In this document: piece after piece, positions 55,960 to 56,827 of the stretch
Numbering within the stretch: position 1 is the first letter of the stretch
How the letters are laid out: every line of letters starts with the position of its first letter
Source: a virus
Lineage: Duplodnaviria > Caudoviricetes
Virus record (IMG/VR): IMGVR_UViG_3300048856_000110
Location: 1 to 56,827 of that record
Length of the DNA stretch: 56,827 nt
Direction: 5' to 3' (one strand)
Notes under the pieces: model-generated
What the model was told of the DNA's origin: nothing
The model's input: only the letters and a program-made list of their open reading frames with translations
Database searches by the model: none
Program-made: the position numbers and the translations under genes

Positions 55960-56196
55960 TCAATGCTCGCTCGGTCCCCGCGCCTCGTCGATATCCAACA
56001 GCGTCCGCCGATCCGCGATGATGCCTTTGAGGTGATTGTGCGCCAGGTCGATCATCGTCGTCGCGACTTCGTCCTCTGTCCAGCCCGACTTGACTGCCCG
56101 CCTCACCAGATCCTGAAAGTCAGGTTCCAGAGCAAACTGGCACTCGATCGCACGGTCGGGGTGGTCTTCAGGATACCGGGGCGAGGGAATGGTCAT
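55960..56196 (-). CDS. Hypothetical protein
   Basis: CAGGAG RBS; HPDRAIECQFALE...GWTEDEV. Confidence 0.65.
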   Translation of the reverse strand: MTIPSPRYPEDHPDRAIECQFALEPDFQDLVRRAVKSGWTEDEVATTMIDLAHNHLKGIIADRRTLLDIDEARGPSEH

Positions 56197-56497
56197 GGCT
56201 GCTCCTGCGACTGCGGCATCCGGCTCTCCTCGTCATATCGCAGCCGGCAGCGACCGGTGAAGGAACTCGCCGTGAACTGGCAGCGCTCAGCCTTGGCGAG
56301 CTTCCGGCAGGAGGTCGGGCAGGTTCAGACCGCCGATCTGCGCGAGCAGTGCTGCCTTATCGTGGCGCCGCTGCATGCCGCTCGACCGAAGCCCCAAGGG
56401 AGGGCAGTCAACTAACTGATTTTCTTCGAATTTTGTCGGATGGCCGTTGCGGCGAAACTACCAATCCGGCACCATCCTTACCGGGACGTTGGTTGGG

Positions 56498-56827
56498 ATG
56501 TTGAGAGTGAGATACTTTTTCCATATGCGGAAGAGCGATAGGTTTGTCGAAGACATCGAGGGCGTTGAGCTCGATGACATTGACGCCGTCCGCAGGGAAG
56601 CCGCTGATAGTACGCGCGAAATTATGGCTGAATCGCTCAAGGCGGGTCGACCCATCGATGTCATTTCCACATTCGAGGTCAGGGACGAGGCCGGCGCCAT
56701 CGTTTACGTCCTGCCCTTCGCCGCGGTTCTTCTCACGGCTTTGACCGCCCCTCCATCAATCGTCCTCGAAAAGGGTGCCGGTTCGTCTGGCAGGGGATCG
56801 TCGCCCGATCCGTCGATGCAGCACTAG
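56498..56827 (+). CDS. Second DUF6894-like protein
   Basis: RYFFHMR....EDIEGVEL.D..AVRREA...FEVRDEAG. Confidence 0.7.
   Translation: MLRVRYFFHMRKSDRFVEDIEGVELDDIDAVRREAADSTREIMAESLKAGRPIDVISTFEVRDEAGAIVYVLPFAAVLLTALTAPPSIVLEKGAGSSGRGSSPDPSMQH

Noticed and set aside
1-56827. Integrase, att sites, tRNA/rRNA, IS elements, full CtrA boxes (TTAA-N7-TTAA)
   Set aside because: None recognised by eye; a computational scan could still find weak instances

Overview
The window holds most of a high-GC, lambda-like (HK97-head, long non-contractile tail) temperate prophage of an alphaproteobacterial host, probably Hyphomicrobiales/Rhizobiales (GapR, GcrA, IHF-beta homologues and an alpha-type LexA box). 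Layout: (i) leftward early operon 1-10006 on the minus strand (WYL-like, GapR, SNF2 helicase, PD-(D/E)xK nuclease, Gp37/Gp68, two ASCH-like genes, XRE, a receiver-less CtrA-like wHTH); (ii) immunity region 10014-12387 with PL/PR, five TCGCGA-based operators, cI, cro, cII and an SOS-box two-gene unit converging on cI; (iii) rightward early operon with a duplicated two-hairpin RNA element, three methyltransferases, GcrA, a PAPS-reductase-like enzyme, replication genes with internal repeats and a NusG-type antiterminator; (iv) a diguanylate-cyclase moron; (v) HNH/terminase/head/tail/lysis modules 27634-53061; (vi) a right-end accessory region of small genes (PepSY, two DUF6894-like, ihfB, a duplicated module). 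No integrase, att site, tRNA, CRISPR or reverse transcriptase is visible; the left end runs off the window. Best candidates for something new: the SOS-box unit encoding a Zn-finger protein plus an HTH-less, apparently inactive S24 domain (possible induction switch); the tandem two-hairpin RNA; and a set of host cell-cycle/nucleoid regulator mimics. All family calls come from motifs recognised by eye, not from database searches.
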